NCBI GenBank assembly: GCA_030647205.1
Contig: JAUSJO010000002.1
Coordinates: 241,112 to 305,111, forward strand
DNA from: a bacterium
Lineage (GTDB): Bacteria > Patescibacteriota > CPR2 > UBA1875 > JAJYID01
Length of the DNA stretch: 64,000 nucleotides
Direction: 5' to 3'
Numbering within the stretch: position 1 is the stretch's first letter; each line of letters opens with the position of its first letter. Positions 1 through 9,925 of the stretch are shown here, one piece after another. A program made the position numbers and the translations under genes. Under the pieces are notes generated by a model. The model worked only from the letters and a program-made list of their open reading frames with translations, was not told the origin of the DNA and ran no database searches.

Positions 1-976
1 TAACTGTGCCATCCTCAAGAGGCTGTCGTAAGATTTCGATAACCGAGCGCGGGAACTCGGGCATTTCATCCAGAAAAAGTACTCCTCTATGCGCTAACGA
101 TATCTCACCCGGTCTTGGCCACTGTCCGCCTCCGACGAGAGCAATGCTTGAGGCTGTGTGATGAGGATTTCTGAACGGTCGTGAAGTTATAAGTGCCTTT
201 TCTTTCGGTAGTGCACCGGTTATAGAGTAAATTTTTGAGACTTCTAGCGACTCGTCAAATGTGAGGTTTGGCAGAATCGTCGTTAAGGTCTTGGCAAGCA
301 GGGTTTTGCCTGAACCGGGAGAGCCGCTCATTAGAATGTTGTGTCCGCCGGAGGCAGCTATCTCCAAAGCTCTCTTGGCGTGCTCTTGGCCTTTGACATG
401 AGCCATGTCGAGATAGGATTCTTCGTTTGAAAAATCAACTTTTACATTTTTCATTTTCTTGATGTCTTTTTCTTTCCGCAAGTAAAGCATCAGATTTTTT
501 AGCGAATCTACGGGCAAAACATCAGCGCCTTCGACGATTGCCGCTTCCTTGGCATTAGCTTTCGGGACAAATATTTCTTTATAGCCCTTCTTTTTCGCTG
601 CCATAGATATTGGCAAAACGCCATTTACTCTTCGGAGTTTGCCATCAAGTGAAAGTTCTCCGACTGACACGGTATTTTCTGTATCAAACTCGATTTGCCC
701 CGCTGCTGCCAAGATGCCAAGGGCGATAGGGAGGTCAAAAGAAGGTCCTTCCTTCTTAATGTCTGCTGGAGCGAGATTGACCGTGATCCTTTTCTGCGGG
801 AAAAGTCCGCCGGAGTTTTTTATCGCGCTTTTGACTCTTTCTTTGGCTTCCTCAACTGCTTTATCGGGAAGCCCGACGATATTAAAACAGGGAAGACCGT
901 TTGATAGGTCCACCTCGACATCTATAACTTCCGCGTCCAGCCCGATGACTGTCATTGACTTCACTTTTGCTAACAT
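1..976 (-). CDS. comM: YifB/ComM Mg-chelatase-like AAA+ ATPase (runs off the left edge)
   Basis: Manual translation: [23 protein letters not shown]...[19 protein letters not shown]...[22 protein letters not shown]; Walker A GSPGSGKT; [10 protein letters not shown]; LFLDEMPEF. Confidence 0.93.
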   Translation of the reverse strand, partial: MLAKVKSMTVIGLDAEVIDVEVDLSNGLPCFNIVGLPDKAVEEAKERVKSAIKNSGGLFPQKRITVNLAPADIKKEGPSFDLPIALGILAAAGQIEFDTENTVSVGELSLDGKLRRVNGVLPISMAAKKKGYKEIFVPKANAKEAAIVEGADVLPVDSLKNLMLYLRKEKDIKKMKNVKVDFSNEESYLDMAHVKGQEHAKRALEIAASGGHNILMSGSPGSGKTLLAKTLTTILPNLTFDESLEVSKIYSITGALPKEKALITSRPFRNPHHTASSIALVGGGQWPRPGEISLAHRGVLFLDEMPEFPRSVIEILRQPLEDGTV

Positions 977-1150
977 AAGAACAATTCTATAGCAAAGGGA
1001 AAAGCGGAAACAAGTATACAAATCATAGAAGTTGGGAATTCAAGTGAGATTGTTGTATAATGACTATAGTTTTTCAAAAACGGAGGGGTAAGCGAAACGC
1101 AGCTTACTCTTTTTTGAACCTTGACGCCATAACTGGGAGGAGTAGAAACT

Positions 1151-1732
1151 ATGTTCGAAATAGTAATCAACTGCAAAGACTTCAGTAGACATGGAGTAAT
1201 CTCTGTTCAAGACGATATCCTTAGATTACAAGAAAAACTGCAGGAGATAATAACGATTATGCCAGCTGACGGTATTTGTTATCTTGACTGTTCTGGGATA
1301 TTCTTTGATGACCCCGCCGCAAAGATCCTATGGACCCTTGAAGCGCTGGGCTGGGGACCGCTCAAAAATCGCAATAAACACATAGTATTTCTGAATCTAA
1401 ATGATCAGGCACTAAGGACACTTGTTAAAGGCTCAGAAGTGTGGAAGAAAGGCTCAACCCCTGTTTGCTTCATGTATATAAACGATGGAGTGCTTAGAGT
1501 GGCCGGTGGTAATGAGGAAGTAGGGACGGTTATTGATATGCTCCTGTCTCAAGGAAAAGAGCTACAGACTGATGAGCTGGCAGAAATGACCGGAAGCACG
1601 GCTCAAAAAGTAAGTCGTGCATTGTATAAACTGAGTATGAACGGGATATTAAGCCGCAGAAAAATGATAAGCGCAGGAGGAAGACCCAGGTACTCTTATT
1701 CCATATTCCGGCCAAAACAGGCGAATGGATGA
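1151..1732 (+). CDS. STAS-like N-domain plus C-terminal winged-HTH protein
   Basis: SD GGAGG; CYLDCSGI...KHIVFLNLN resembles a STAS alpha/beta pattern; TDELAEMTGSTAQKVSRALYKL..G...GGRPRYSY is a wHTH with wing. Confidence 0.6.
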   Translation: MFEIVINCKDFSRHGVISVQDDILRLQEKLQEIITIMPADGICYLDCSGIFFDDPAAKILWTLEALGWGPLKNRNKHIVFLNLNDQALRTLVKGSEVWKKGSTPVCFMYINDGVLRVAGGNEEVGTVIDMLLSQGKELQTDELAEMTGSTAQKVSRALYKLSMNGILSRRKMISAGGRPRYSYSIFRPKQANG

Positions 1733-1747
1733 AAAGGAGGTGGTCTA

Positions 1748-2407
1748 ATGGAGAGAGAGCTTGAAATAGTAAGGCCTGTTTATATCATTGATACCGATAA
1801 GGAGGCTGATGAAGGAGAGAACACTGAGTACTTCAAGCCGTATAGCAGGACGAAGCAGATCTTCTACAGCCTGCCGGAAGGAAGTACGCTGTACTTGGGA
1901 ATGAGCAATGTTCAGTATGTGGACTGGTTCTTCGCCTTAATGACAGTTGGTGAAATTCAGAATGCAAAAGCAGCAGGAACTCATTCAAGCACAGTATACC
2001 GTAAACATCTTGTGGTTAAAGAGCCTCGTCGCCTGGTTTTGAAAGAGATTACCAAAATGGTGGACGATTATAGCAACTGCTTCCTTCACCTGGATCAAGG
2101 TGGGGCGCTAAGCGTCAGTGGAAGAAAGGTAACCAAGTCCAAAAGCAAGCTGCTTTTGATTGATCGTTTGCTGTCAGGCGGTATCGAGAATGTTTCGGCA
2201 GGGAATGTAAGAGAAAGCATCTTTCCGAATAGGTCAGAACAGGCTGTTTCTTATATTTTACGTGAACTTGCGTACTGTGGGGTTCTCATTGAAAAAAATG
2301 AGAAATACGGTCAAGGTAGGCCTCTAAAACTCTACTCGCCGTACTGGCCAAGCCATGCAAAGTCATGGGAAATAGGAGGGGAGATTTATAAAAGGGCGGA
2401 TGCGTGA
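1748..2407 (+). CDS. Paralogous STAS-like plus winged-HTH protein
   Basis: SD AAGGAGGT; LYLGMSNVQYVD..F, KHLVV, SEQAVSYILRELAYCGVL..GRPLKLY parallel the upstream gene. Confidence 0.55.
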   Translation: MERELEIVRPVYIIDTDKEADEGENTEYFKPYSRTKQIFYSLPEGSTLYLGMSNVQYVDWFFALMTVGEIQNAKAAGTHSSTVYRKHLVVKEPRRLVLKEITKMVDDYSNCFLHLDQGGALSVSGRKVTKSKSKLLLIDRLLSGGIENVSAGNVRESIFPNRSEQAVSYILRELAYCGVLIEKNEKYGQGRPLKLYSPYWPSHAKSWEIGGEIYKRADA

Positions 2408-2418
2408 GCATCCGCCCT
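2393..2418. terminator. GC-rich hairpin between convergent genes
   Basis: AGGGCGGATGC-GTGA-GCATCCGCCCT. Confidence 0.7.
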
Positions 2419-2426
2419 AAAACGTT

Positions 2427-2921
2427 TTAGAACTCTTTTTTCTCGAAGGATATTATTTTAAGTTTTTTTGTGGTTTTGGGAAGTTTGATCTTTACTACAT
2501 TCCCCGATTTTTTACCGATTAGCGCCTGGCCGACAGGGCTTTTGGGGGAAACGGGGAGGGTTTCATCTTTGAACTCAATTTTATCTGCGAGTTCAGGATG
2601 GATTATGTAAAAGCAATCTTTAAAGCCGGTATCTTGATCCTCGGTTTTGATAAAGCAATAGAGGCCGATGACTCTATCATCAATTTTTTCAAAAGTGACA
2701 ACGTCAGAATTTTTTAGCAGCTTATTGATTACAATAAATCGCTCTTTTATACTTCTCAGCTTGTCATCAGTGGCTTGGTACTCCGGTATTTGAAAAGGGA
2801 CGGCGCCACCGTGAGCGGCGTATTCTCCCAGTTTTTTAGTTAACTTCTTTGACTCATTACTGAGCTCATTAACCAAACCGGCCAGATATTCATAATCCTT
2901 TGGCAAGAGTATATTTTTCAT
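2427..2921 (-). CDS. GreA/GreB-family factor (divergent)
   Basis: N-terminal coiled coil; C-terminal VSPKSPVGQALIGKKSGNVVKI. Confidence 0.8.
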   Translation of the reverse strand: MKNILLPKDYEYLAGLVNELSNESKKLTKKLGEYAAHGGAVPFQIPEYQATDDKLRSIKERFIVINKLLKNSDVVTFEKIDDRVIGLYCFIKTEDQDTGFKDCFYIIHPELADKIEFKDETLPVSPKSPVGQALIGKKSGNVVKIKLPKTTKKLKIISFEKKEF

Positions 2922-3031
2922 AAGACCCTAGGTTAAACAGTTTGAATATCTTAACATAGATTGTTCTTTAGTTAAAACTTTCTTTTAATACAGGATTATA
3001 TCGTATATAATGTAAATAATACACTAACATA

Positions 3032-4111
3032 TTGATTATGGAAAAAGTAGCATTCATTCCAGGAAGGTTCAGTCCACCTCACAAAGGCCATATAATGGCT
3101 TTTCTTTGGCTTTTGTCCCGGTTCGATAGATTGGTAATCGGCATAGGAAGCTGCTATGAAGTAGGAAAACCGAGACACCCACTGCTTGCTTTCTATAGAG
3201 AGAAAATGATCAGATGGAGCTTGATAAATGAGGGAGTAGATATGTCTCGAGTCTCCTTTGTGCATCTTCAGGATTTCAACGACTGGGACCAGTGGTGGGA
3301 AAGCATTAGCAAAGTTGCTGCCAGAGAAAAAGTTACCCATTTTGTTACCGGTAATGAAGAAGACATCCTAAATGTGATGAAGGAAAAAGGCCTTGATTCT
3401 ACGTTTGAGCTTTTAAACCCGGAAAAAGAAATCCCTAAAGAATATAAGTTCAACTACCATGCTACCGACCTTCGAAATTCAATACAAAACGGTGACTATG
3501 AAAGTTTTAAGAAAATTGCTGCATACGGAACAGTGGCCTTGATGGGCAATGTCGGAGGGTTTGGAGGTATCAGGGATGCTATGAACGATAAGGCTTCAAA
3601 TTTCGTAGAAGGGAGGCAAGCAGTGGATCTTATAATAACTTGCAGGCCGGATCAAGGGAAGAAGATGGTACTTTGCGGCTATAGAAAAAAAGATAAAAAG
3701 GACTTTCCGGGATGGCTTGCTCTTCCTGGTGGCGGGATAGATACTTTCGAAAACCCGATGGACGCGGCGGTGCGCGAACTTGAAGAAGAGACCGGTCTTA
3801 GCGTAAAAATTGTTAACAGTTATCTAGAACCGGCTCATGTGCTTGTGAATGGAATTATATCTGAGATGAGATTTGTAGGTCTTTTTGGAAGCGAAGATGA
3901 AACACTGTCGGGGACAAAAGGAGGGTCAAGTCAGGTTTTTCATGTTGAACTGGACGTGGATCAGGACTCTTTCAAAGGAATGCTAAAGTCAGACTCTGAC
4001 CTTGATGATGTAGACTTTAGGCCCGTTGATTTTGTTCTTGAGAAGGGTCTAGCTTACCAACAAAGCGATATGCTTAGAGATGTTTTGCGGCACAAACTAG
4101 TCTATATGTGA
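3032..4111 (+). CDS. nadM: Bifunctional NMN adenylyltransferase / Nudix hydrolase (NadM-Nudix type)
   Basis: GRFSPPHKGH (HxGH), VIGIGS; Nudix box GGGIDTFENPMDAAVRELEEETGL. Confidence 0.82.
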   Translation: MIMEKVAFIPGRFSPPHKGHIMAFLWLLSRFDRLVIGIGSCYEVGKPRHPLLAFYREKMIRWSLINEGVDMSRVSFVHLQDFNDWDQWWESISKVAAREKVTHFVTGNEEDILNVMKEKGLDSTFELLNPEKEIPKEYKFNYHATDLRNSIQNGDYESFKKIAAYGTVALMGNVGGFGGIRDAMNDKASNFVEGRQAVDLIITCRPDQGKKMVLCGYRKKDKKDFPGWLALPGGGIDTFENPMDAAVRELEEETGLSVKIVNSYLEPAHVLVNGIISEMRFVGLFGSEDETLSGTKGGSSQVFHVELDVDQDSFKGMLKSDSDLDDVDFRPVDFVLEKGLAYQQSDMLRDVLRHKLVYM

Positions 4112-4863
4112 ACCGTTTTTGCGGTCTTGGCTCGGGTAATAGCCGCTTCGTGGGCGGCGATTTCTATAGAATCGTCTATTTTCTTTAAATTTGCTGAGTT
4201 TCCATATCGTCTTCGAAGAGCCGAAAGTATTAAATGATCGGCAAAGTGAGGATTTTTCGGCAAAACAGGACCGTGGAGATAGGTTCCATAGCAGTTTTTG
4301 TAGACTGCGCCCTCGTATTTTTTCTCACCGGTATTGCCGTAGCCGGTTATGACTTTACCGAGTGGTTTTGTTTTGCCTTCGAGATATGTAAGACCGCTGT
4401 GGTTTTCAAAACCAACCAAAGTTTTCACGGGAGAGTTCCATTTCTGATCTGAGGTGTCTATAACGATATTTCCGATACATCTTTTGCCTGAACCAACCGT
4501 GTAAGCGTCAAACACGCTAATTCCCTCGAGCATTTCACCGTCTGATGTTTTGAAATATTTGCCAAAAAGCTGAAAACCTCCACAGATAGTTAGCGCAACC
4601 AAACCTTTCTCAACTTCTGATTTTATTTCTTTGCCTCTACGCGCTAGGTCATCGGCGATTGCCTTTTGCCCACGATCTTGCCCGCCGCCCATAAAAACAA
4701 TGTCAGCATACTTAAAATCGGCCTTGTCGCCACGTTTAATGTCGAGAAGGTCAACGTCTATTGCACGCTCGTGCATTCTGCGGACTAGCGTTGTAATATT
4801 CCCTAGGTCGCCGTAGAGGTTCATAGCGTCCGGATAGAGATGAAATATGGTAAGCTTTTGCAT
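4102..4863 (-). CDS. gatD: Lipid II amidotransferase glutaminase subunit GatD
   Basis: MNLYGDLGN, GGGQD, ICGGFQL, GFENH, GTYLHGPVLPKNP; murT upstream. Confidence 0.93.
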   Translation of the reverse strand: MQKLTIFHLYPDAMNLYGDLGNITTLVRRMHERAIDVDLLDIKRGDKADFKYADIVFMGGGQDRGQKAIADDLARRGKEIKSEVEKGLVALTICGGFQLFGKYFKTSDGEMLEGISVFDAYTVGSGKRCIGNIVIDTSDQKWNSPVKTLVGFENHSGLTYLEGKTKPLGKVITGYGNTGEKKYEGAVYKNCYGTYLHGPVLPKNPHFADHLILSALRRRYGNSANLKKIDDSIEIAAHEAAITRAKTAKTVHI

Positions 4864-6164
4864 TATGCTTTGATTCTTTTTCTGTTCTTTTTAGCGATTT
4901 TATCTATCGGCAGTTCAAACCCAAAGACATTCCCGCCGTTTTCAGCCGTTTTATAATATGTTTTTCCTTTGTGGGAGTCGATGATTCTCTTTACAACATA
5001 AAGATTTAGAGTCAGTTTCTCTTTCTCCTTGTGTTCTCTTGAAAATCTTCTAAAAATCTTTTCCGGAGCAACTTCAGCTATCTGAGGACCATTATCGATA
5101 ACCTCAACAACTACTTTTCCCTTCGTTTCCTTCAAAACTATTTCTACTTTTCCTCCGCGCAGGCTATGGCTTACGGCATTCTCCAGATATATTGAAAGAG
5201 CAAGCTTGATTTTCTCCGGATCCACATATGTTTTAGGGACATCATCTGAAGTTTTTAAATCTATTTTGACATCCTTTGCCCAAGAGTCTGAAACAAATGA
5301 ATACATCTCATAAGTAATAATTTTTTTGAGGTCTGTGAGCTCCACATTTAAAGTAATAGGCAGACCTTCTTCATATTTTAAGGTGTCAACAACGTCGTTG
5401 ATAATATCCGTAAGCCTTTGGGCACCGATATCTACCTCCTTGAGGGGCATCATGAGGTCTTTGTTGACCTTGCCGTAGTCGCCTTCAAGCATCATCGAGG
5501 TGTTGCCTTTGATGACCGTTAACGGAGTTTTTAGCTGATGCGACGCGACATCGATAAACTCACTTTTGACTTTGTCTATTTCACTTAACTCTTTGTTCAA
5601 CTGGGTTAGTTTTGCATGCTCTTTCCTCTGAGTTGAAAGATCAAGACCAAGATTTTTCCCGACTTGTGCTAAAAGGGCGATATATAGAATCCTAAGAAGG
5701 ACAAAAGCAAATCCGATTATTGTAAACTCAACTACTTCATTATTAACCAAAAAAAAGTACTCTGTAATTACAAGTATTGATGCCAGCCCACTTAAATATG
5801 CGAGATTTCTGGCATTCATAAAGTAGGCTGCAGCTAAAAGGACCAACCCATACATAAAGATGAGCGAGCCGTTTAAATAGTCTATGTAGTGGATGGTCAT
5901 ACCGACCGAAATTATGTAGAAAACAAACTCGTAGTTTGCTATATCAAAGCTTCTTTTTGGATAGAATCTACTTAAGGCATATCCCAGAATAGAAACAAAA
6001 AATGTTGCGCTTAAAAGTAATGCGACTTCAATATGATTTGGATAGTCATAGTCGATCAACTGTGGCAACAGTACTAGCGTAAACGCAGCAAAACCAGAGG
6101 CTATTAAAATATAAAGCCTTATTCTTTCGGTTGTTTTATCCTGTTTTTTCGTGTCCGCCCTCAT
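4863..6164 (-). CDS. Membrane sensor histidine kinase-like protein with degenerate ATP-binding boxes
   Basis: About 6 TM helices; H-box ASHQLKTPL; N-box LENAV; D-box DNGPQI; G2 box replaced by KEKLTLNLY. Confidence 0.85.
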   Translation of the reverse strand: MRADTKKQDKTTERIRLYILIASGFAAFTLVLLPQLIDYDYPNHIEVALLLSATFFVSILGYALSRFYPKRSFDIANYEFVFYIISVGMTIHYIDYLNGSLIFMYGLVLLAAAYFMNARNLAYLSGLASILVITEYFFLVNNEVVEFTIIGFAFVLLRILYIALLAQVGKNLGLDLSTQRKEHAKLTQLNKELSEIDKVKSEFIDVASHQLKTPLTVIKGNTSMMLEGDYGKVNKDLMMPLKEVDIGAQRLTDIINDVVDTLKYEEGLPITLNVELTDLKKIITYEMYSFVSDSWAKDVKIDLKTSDDVPKTYVDPEKIKLALSIYLENAVSHSLRGGKVEIVLKETKGKVVVEVIDNGPQIAEVAPEKIFRRFSREHKEKEKLTLNLYVVKRIIDSHKGKTYYKTAENGGNVFGFELPIDKIAKKNRKRIKA

Positions 6165-6200
6165 ATCAAAAGTATAAACGAATCTTTAGTTTTAAGGAAG

Positions 6201-7571
6201 CTATTTTGTCCAATAGTCCTTCAAAATCCCCTTCTGAACAAGATTATTTCTTATATCAAGCATGGCTGTGTATGTCGGGAGGATGTAGAGAGTTTCGCTT
6301 ACATCTGTTTCAGAAACGGCCGTATCCAGAGCTTTTTTTAAATCTTTCTCAGTCTCGATTATTCTACTTGTGATATTGGCATATTTGAGTCTCAAGCGTA
6401 AATCCTCGCTTCGGATGCCGCTCACGATTATTTTTCTAAAACCCGCTTTAAAGAGTTCAAACTCGACGTCCCATATCCAGGAAATGTCTGTTCCGTCAGC
6501 GAAGTTGTCATTCAAGGCTATGAGGGCGGTTTTGTTTTTCCGGTTCTGTGTGATAGCTTCAAGGACTTGGTTGAAACCGGTAGGGTTCTTGACTAGATGG
6601 ATTACAGCTTTTTTGCCATTTACCTCAAATGTTTCCATGCGGCCAAAGGCAGGAGTGAGCTTGCCTAAAGCCTTGAGGATAGTTTTATGGTCAACTTTCA
6701 TGAAGTCTCCGGTACTGATAGCTGCAAGGGCATTATATAGGCTATAGAGACCAGTCATTGGTAGGCTTAAGTTTTCCGACTCTTTATCAACGGTTATAGT
6801 TGCCGCTGTATTATCAGGAGATAGTCGGACATTTTTGGCAGTAATTTTCGTTTTTGGACGTACGAATCCGCAGTTTTCACATACATATTGCCCGATATGG
6901 CCGTAATATCTGTGAGGATAGACGAGTTCATGGCCGCAAATGAGACAGTCCTTGATGTCGATGGCCAGATCTGACTTGGCTTCCAGCCTCTCATCCGTGA
7001 TCCCGAAGTAAAGTGTATTTTCTCTATCCTTGCCAAGGGAAGCAACGATCGGGTCGTCAGCATTCAATATTAAGGTTGATTCCGGGGAGTCTTGTATAGA
7101 TTTTTTCAAAATCGCGGCTGTTTTATCAACCTCTCCGTATCTGTCCAGTTGATCTCGGAAGATATTTGTGATAACGATTGCTTTTGGTTTCACAAATCTC
7201 ATCACTTCAGGCATGGTGGCTTCATCAACCTCATAAACGCCGATCTCATCTTTAATATTGCCGAAAATACTCGATTTTAGAGCGAGTTCGGAGGCTATTC
7301 CGCGTGTTAGATTTGATCCGCCAGAGTTTGAAAGGACTTTGAGCCCGCTTGCCTTCAAGATTTCGACAATCATTTTGGATGTTGTTGTTTTGCCGTTAGT
7401 CCCTGTGACTAAAATGACGCCTTTATCCAAATTCGTCGTCAACTCTTTAACTATTTCCGGATTGATTTTCAGTGCTAGAAGGCCCGGTAAGGCACCTCCT
7501 CCTCCGCGCCCGAAAATACGGGACCAAAATGCCGCCTGTTTGGCGATAAAAATAGCAAAAATCTTCTTCAT
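6201..7571 (-). CDS. murT: Lipid II amidotransferase subunit MurT
   Basis: TGTNGKTTT, EVDE, RDQLDRYGE, CxxC..CxxC, KNPTG, DGTDISWIWD, PTYTAML. Confidence 0.94.
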   Translation of the reverse strand: MKKIFAIFIAKQAAFWSRIFGRGGGGALPGLLALKINPEIVKELTTNLDKGVILVTGTNGKTTTSKMIVEILKASGLKVLSNSGGSNLTRGIASELALKSSIFGNIKDEIGVYEVDEATMPEVMRFVKPKAIVITNIFRDQLDRYGEVDKTAAILKKSIQDSPESTLILNADDPIVASLGKDRENTLYFGITDERLEAKSDLAIDIKDCLICGHELVYPHRYYGHIGQYVCENCGFVRPKTKITAKNVRLSPDNTAATITVDKESENLSLPMTGLYSLYNALAAISTGDFMKVDHKTILKALGKLTPAFGRMETFEVNGKKAVIHLVKNPTGFNQVLEAITQNRKNKTALIALNDNFADGTDISWIWDVEFELFKAGFRKIIVSGIRSEDLRLRLKYANITSRIIETEKDLKKALDTAVSETDVSETLYILPTYTAMLDIRNNLVQKGILKDYWTK

Positions 7572-7622
7572 AGACTATATTGTAGCACGAATTTTTTATA
7601 AATGTGTTGGCGAGAAGAAAGA

Positions 7623-8603
7623 TTATAGACTAATAGTTTTTGCTATCTGGTCGATAATATCGATACTTCCGTTATATATTCCATGCCCTGCGCCAGCACC
7701 GTATCCATATGTTCCGGAAACTGTGATTGTTATTTCACTACCTAGCTCTGATTGTTTTCCGGTATGCAATATAATCTCATCATATTGTATTGTGCTACCT
7801 GAAAAGCTACCACTTGCCGTAATTTTTGTTCCGGTCAAGCCGCTACTGGTAGCAAAAGCGGTAGTTGTTTTTGGGCTGGTTGCAAAAGGGACCGCGTCAT
7901 TTACTTCTTCTTCGAATGAGTTAATACCAGACGAATATATTTCAGCAACCTCGTCATAAGCACCTCCAGATATATTATCTATGACAGGGTGTCCTCTATC
8001 GAGATTTTGTATGAATAAATTATTAGGATAAGAGAATGTAAAAGGTGTGCCATATCCACCTTGGTAAACAGGACAAGTTGCTTTAATCCAGGAGGCAGAG
8101 GGTTGGTTTGGCGTAGCAGGCTTTGGAGCTGCACTACTTTGTTTGTTAGGTGTCGGACTACTTGGTTTGGGATTATTTTGGGATGGAGGAGTTGGAGTAG
8201 CGGTATTGCTTTTTTTTGTGTCGCTGGATGTTTTGCCGACCGAGTTCGATTTATTACTTGATGCTGTGTTCTTCTTCGAGGTTGATGCGGCGACTCTACT
8301 TTTATAATAATATATTCCGGCGCCAGCAATGCTAATAAAAAACAATACTAGGAATGATGCCGAAGCTATAATCAGTCGTCTATCGTGTCTTTGCTGTGGT
8401 GTTAAAGATCTTGAGTACGACTGGTCTTCCGCTGAAATTCCTAAGTTGTTTTGTTTGGGTAGTGTTGAGTCAAGCGATTGAAATCCTTCACTAATATCCG
8501 TTTCCTGCCAGCCACTATCTGAAAGTGTAGATCTAATCTGATCATCGGTTTGCCCGATGGCCCTTGAGTTTATGATGAAATCTAGTAATTCTTGGTTAAG
8601 CAT
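7623..8603 (-). CDS. Single-pass membrane protein with Ser/Pro/Thr linker and extracellular domain
   Basis: Small N-terminal helical domain (LLDFI..G.TDDQIR..L..SGW), one TM, low-complexity stalk. Confidence 0.7.
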   Translation of the reverse strand: MLNQELLDFIINSRAIGQTDDQIRSTLSDSGWQETDISEGFQSLDSTLPKQNNLGISAEDQSYSRSLTPQQRHDRRLIIASASFLVLFFISIAGAGIYYYKSRVAASTSKKNTASSNKSNSVGKTSSDTKKSNTATPTPPSQNNPKPSSPTPNKQSSAAPKPATPNQPSASWIKATCPVYQGGYGTPFTFSYPNNLFIQNLDRGHPVIDNISGGAYDEVAEIYSSGINSFEEEVNDAVPFATSPKTTTAFATSSGLTGTKITASGSFSGSTIQYDEIILHTGKQSELGSEITITVSGTYGYGAGAGHGIYNGSIDIIDQIAKTISL

Positions 8604-8654
8604 AACTGCTATAAGAATACCATCTTGAAAGGGGAAAAAGAATATTTTCTATAT

Positions 8655-9533
8655 TTATTGAAGAAATTCTTTGAGCTTATTCTCTGCTTCTTTATTATTC
8701 TTAATCCAAATAACATCTTTGTTCCGGTTTAGCCAGGTGAGTTGGCGTTTGGCGTAGTTTCTGTGGGATTGCTTGGTTTTTTCGACTGCTTCTTCAAGCG
8801 AAATTTCATCATCAATGAATTGTACGAGTTGTCTATAGCCAGTTGCCTGCATGGCAGTATTTAGGTCATATTTTTTATGTAATTTTTTCACTTCGTCTAG
8901 AAATCCCTCCGTCATCATCTCATCAACGCGGGAGTTTATTCTTTCGTAGAGCTTTTCACGATCTCGCTGTACAGCCAAATATAAAACATTTTTGGGTAGG
9001 TCTTGTTTCTTTTTTTGTGCAGTAAAAGGTTCGCCGGTTTGGAGACAGACTTCTAGGGCGCGAACGACCCTGCGTTTATTGTTTTTATCGACAGTCCACT
9101 CTGCGTCCGGGTCGAGTTCGAGCAGTTGCTTAAAAAGTTCCTCATTCGATTTTTTACCTAACTTTTCCCTTAGTTCATTGTTTGGCTTTGCATGAGGAAT
9201 ATTATAGTTATATACGAGTGCGTCTATGTACATTGTTGAGCCGCCGACGAGAAAGGGAATATTGCCCCGTTCATGGATTTCTTTAATAAGTTTTTCAACC
9301 AAATCTTTGAATATCGCAACATTAAACTCTTCATCTGGGTTTATGATATCAAGCATGTGATGAGGGATGTCATTAAACTTCGTTGGTTTGTCTGTACCGA
9401 TATTCATACCTTTATAGACGGTCATTGAATCGGCACAAATAATCTCTCCACTAAACTCCTTTGCCAAATCTAAAGACAGCGATGTTTTCCCGCTGGCTGT
9501 CGGTCCGGTTAACACAATTATTGGTTTTTGCAT
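8655..9533 (-). CDS. miaA: tRNA dimethylallyltransferase
   Basis: GPTASGKT, DSMTVYKGMNIGTDKP, VGGSTMY, RNYAKRQLTW. Confidence 0.96.
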   Translation of the reverse strand: MQKPIIVLTGPTASGKTSLSLDLAKEFSGEIICADSMTVYKGMNIGTDKPTKFNDIPHHMLDIINPDEEFNVAIFKDLVEKLIKEIHERGNIPFLVGGSTMYIDALVYNYNIPHAKPNNELREKLGKKSNEELFKQLLELDPDAEWTVDKNNKRRVVRALEVCLQTGEPFTAQKKKQDLPKNVLYLAVQRDREKLYERINSRVDEMMTEGFLDEVKKLHKKYDLNTAMQATGYRQLVQFIDDEISLEEAVEKTKQSHRNYAKRQLTWLNRNKDVIWIKNNKEAENKLKEFLQ

Positions 9534-9592
9534 TACTTGATTATATCAGAAAACCTGTGTATTATGAGGGAAATAATGAAAGGAGCCAAAAA

Positions 9593-9925
9593 ATGGCAAC
9601 ACCAGAAGAAATGATACCTAGTGAAATTAGCGGTTCTGAAGAAACTGAAGTCGAGGGTAATATACCGGAGCTTCATGTGGTCAAGGATACTAGGGGGGTT
9701 GAAAAAACGGAAGGAGAGTCCCTTTCAGGAAAAATAGAGGAATATAATATTCAGGGGCCAACACAAGGAGGAGAAGAAAGAAGAGCGGAGCAGGCAAGGG
9801 TAGAAAAAGAAGCGCGGCAGAAGGCAGACAATGAGTTCGTTACTAAAGTGGCAGAATCTGATCGTAAGGACGCCAGGGAGAGAGGCATATTTAGAAAGAT
9901 ATTAGGCCTTAAACCGAAGAAATAA
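9593..9925 (+). CDS. Hypothetical charged protein
   Basis: SD GAAAGGAG before ATG 9593, inside ORF 9461..9925. Confidence 0.6.
   Translation: MATPEEMIPSEISGSEETEVEGNIPELHVVKDTRGVEKTEGESLSGKIEEYNIQGPTQGGEERRAEQARVEKEARQKADNEFVTKVAESDRKDARERGIFRKILGLKPKK

Noticed and set aside
7258-7959. Long antisense ORFs (also 14617, 21857, 25936, 28900, 51435)
   Set aside because: Shadows of better-supported genes on the opposite strand
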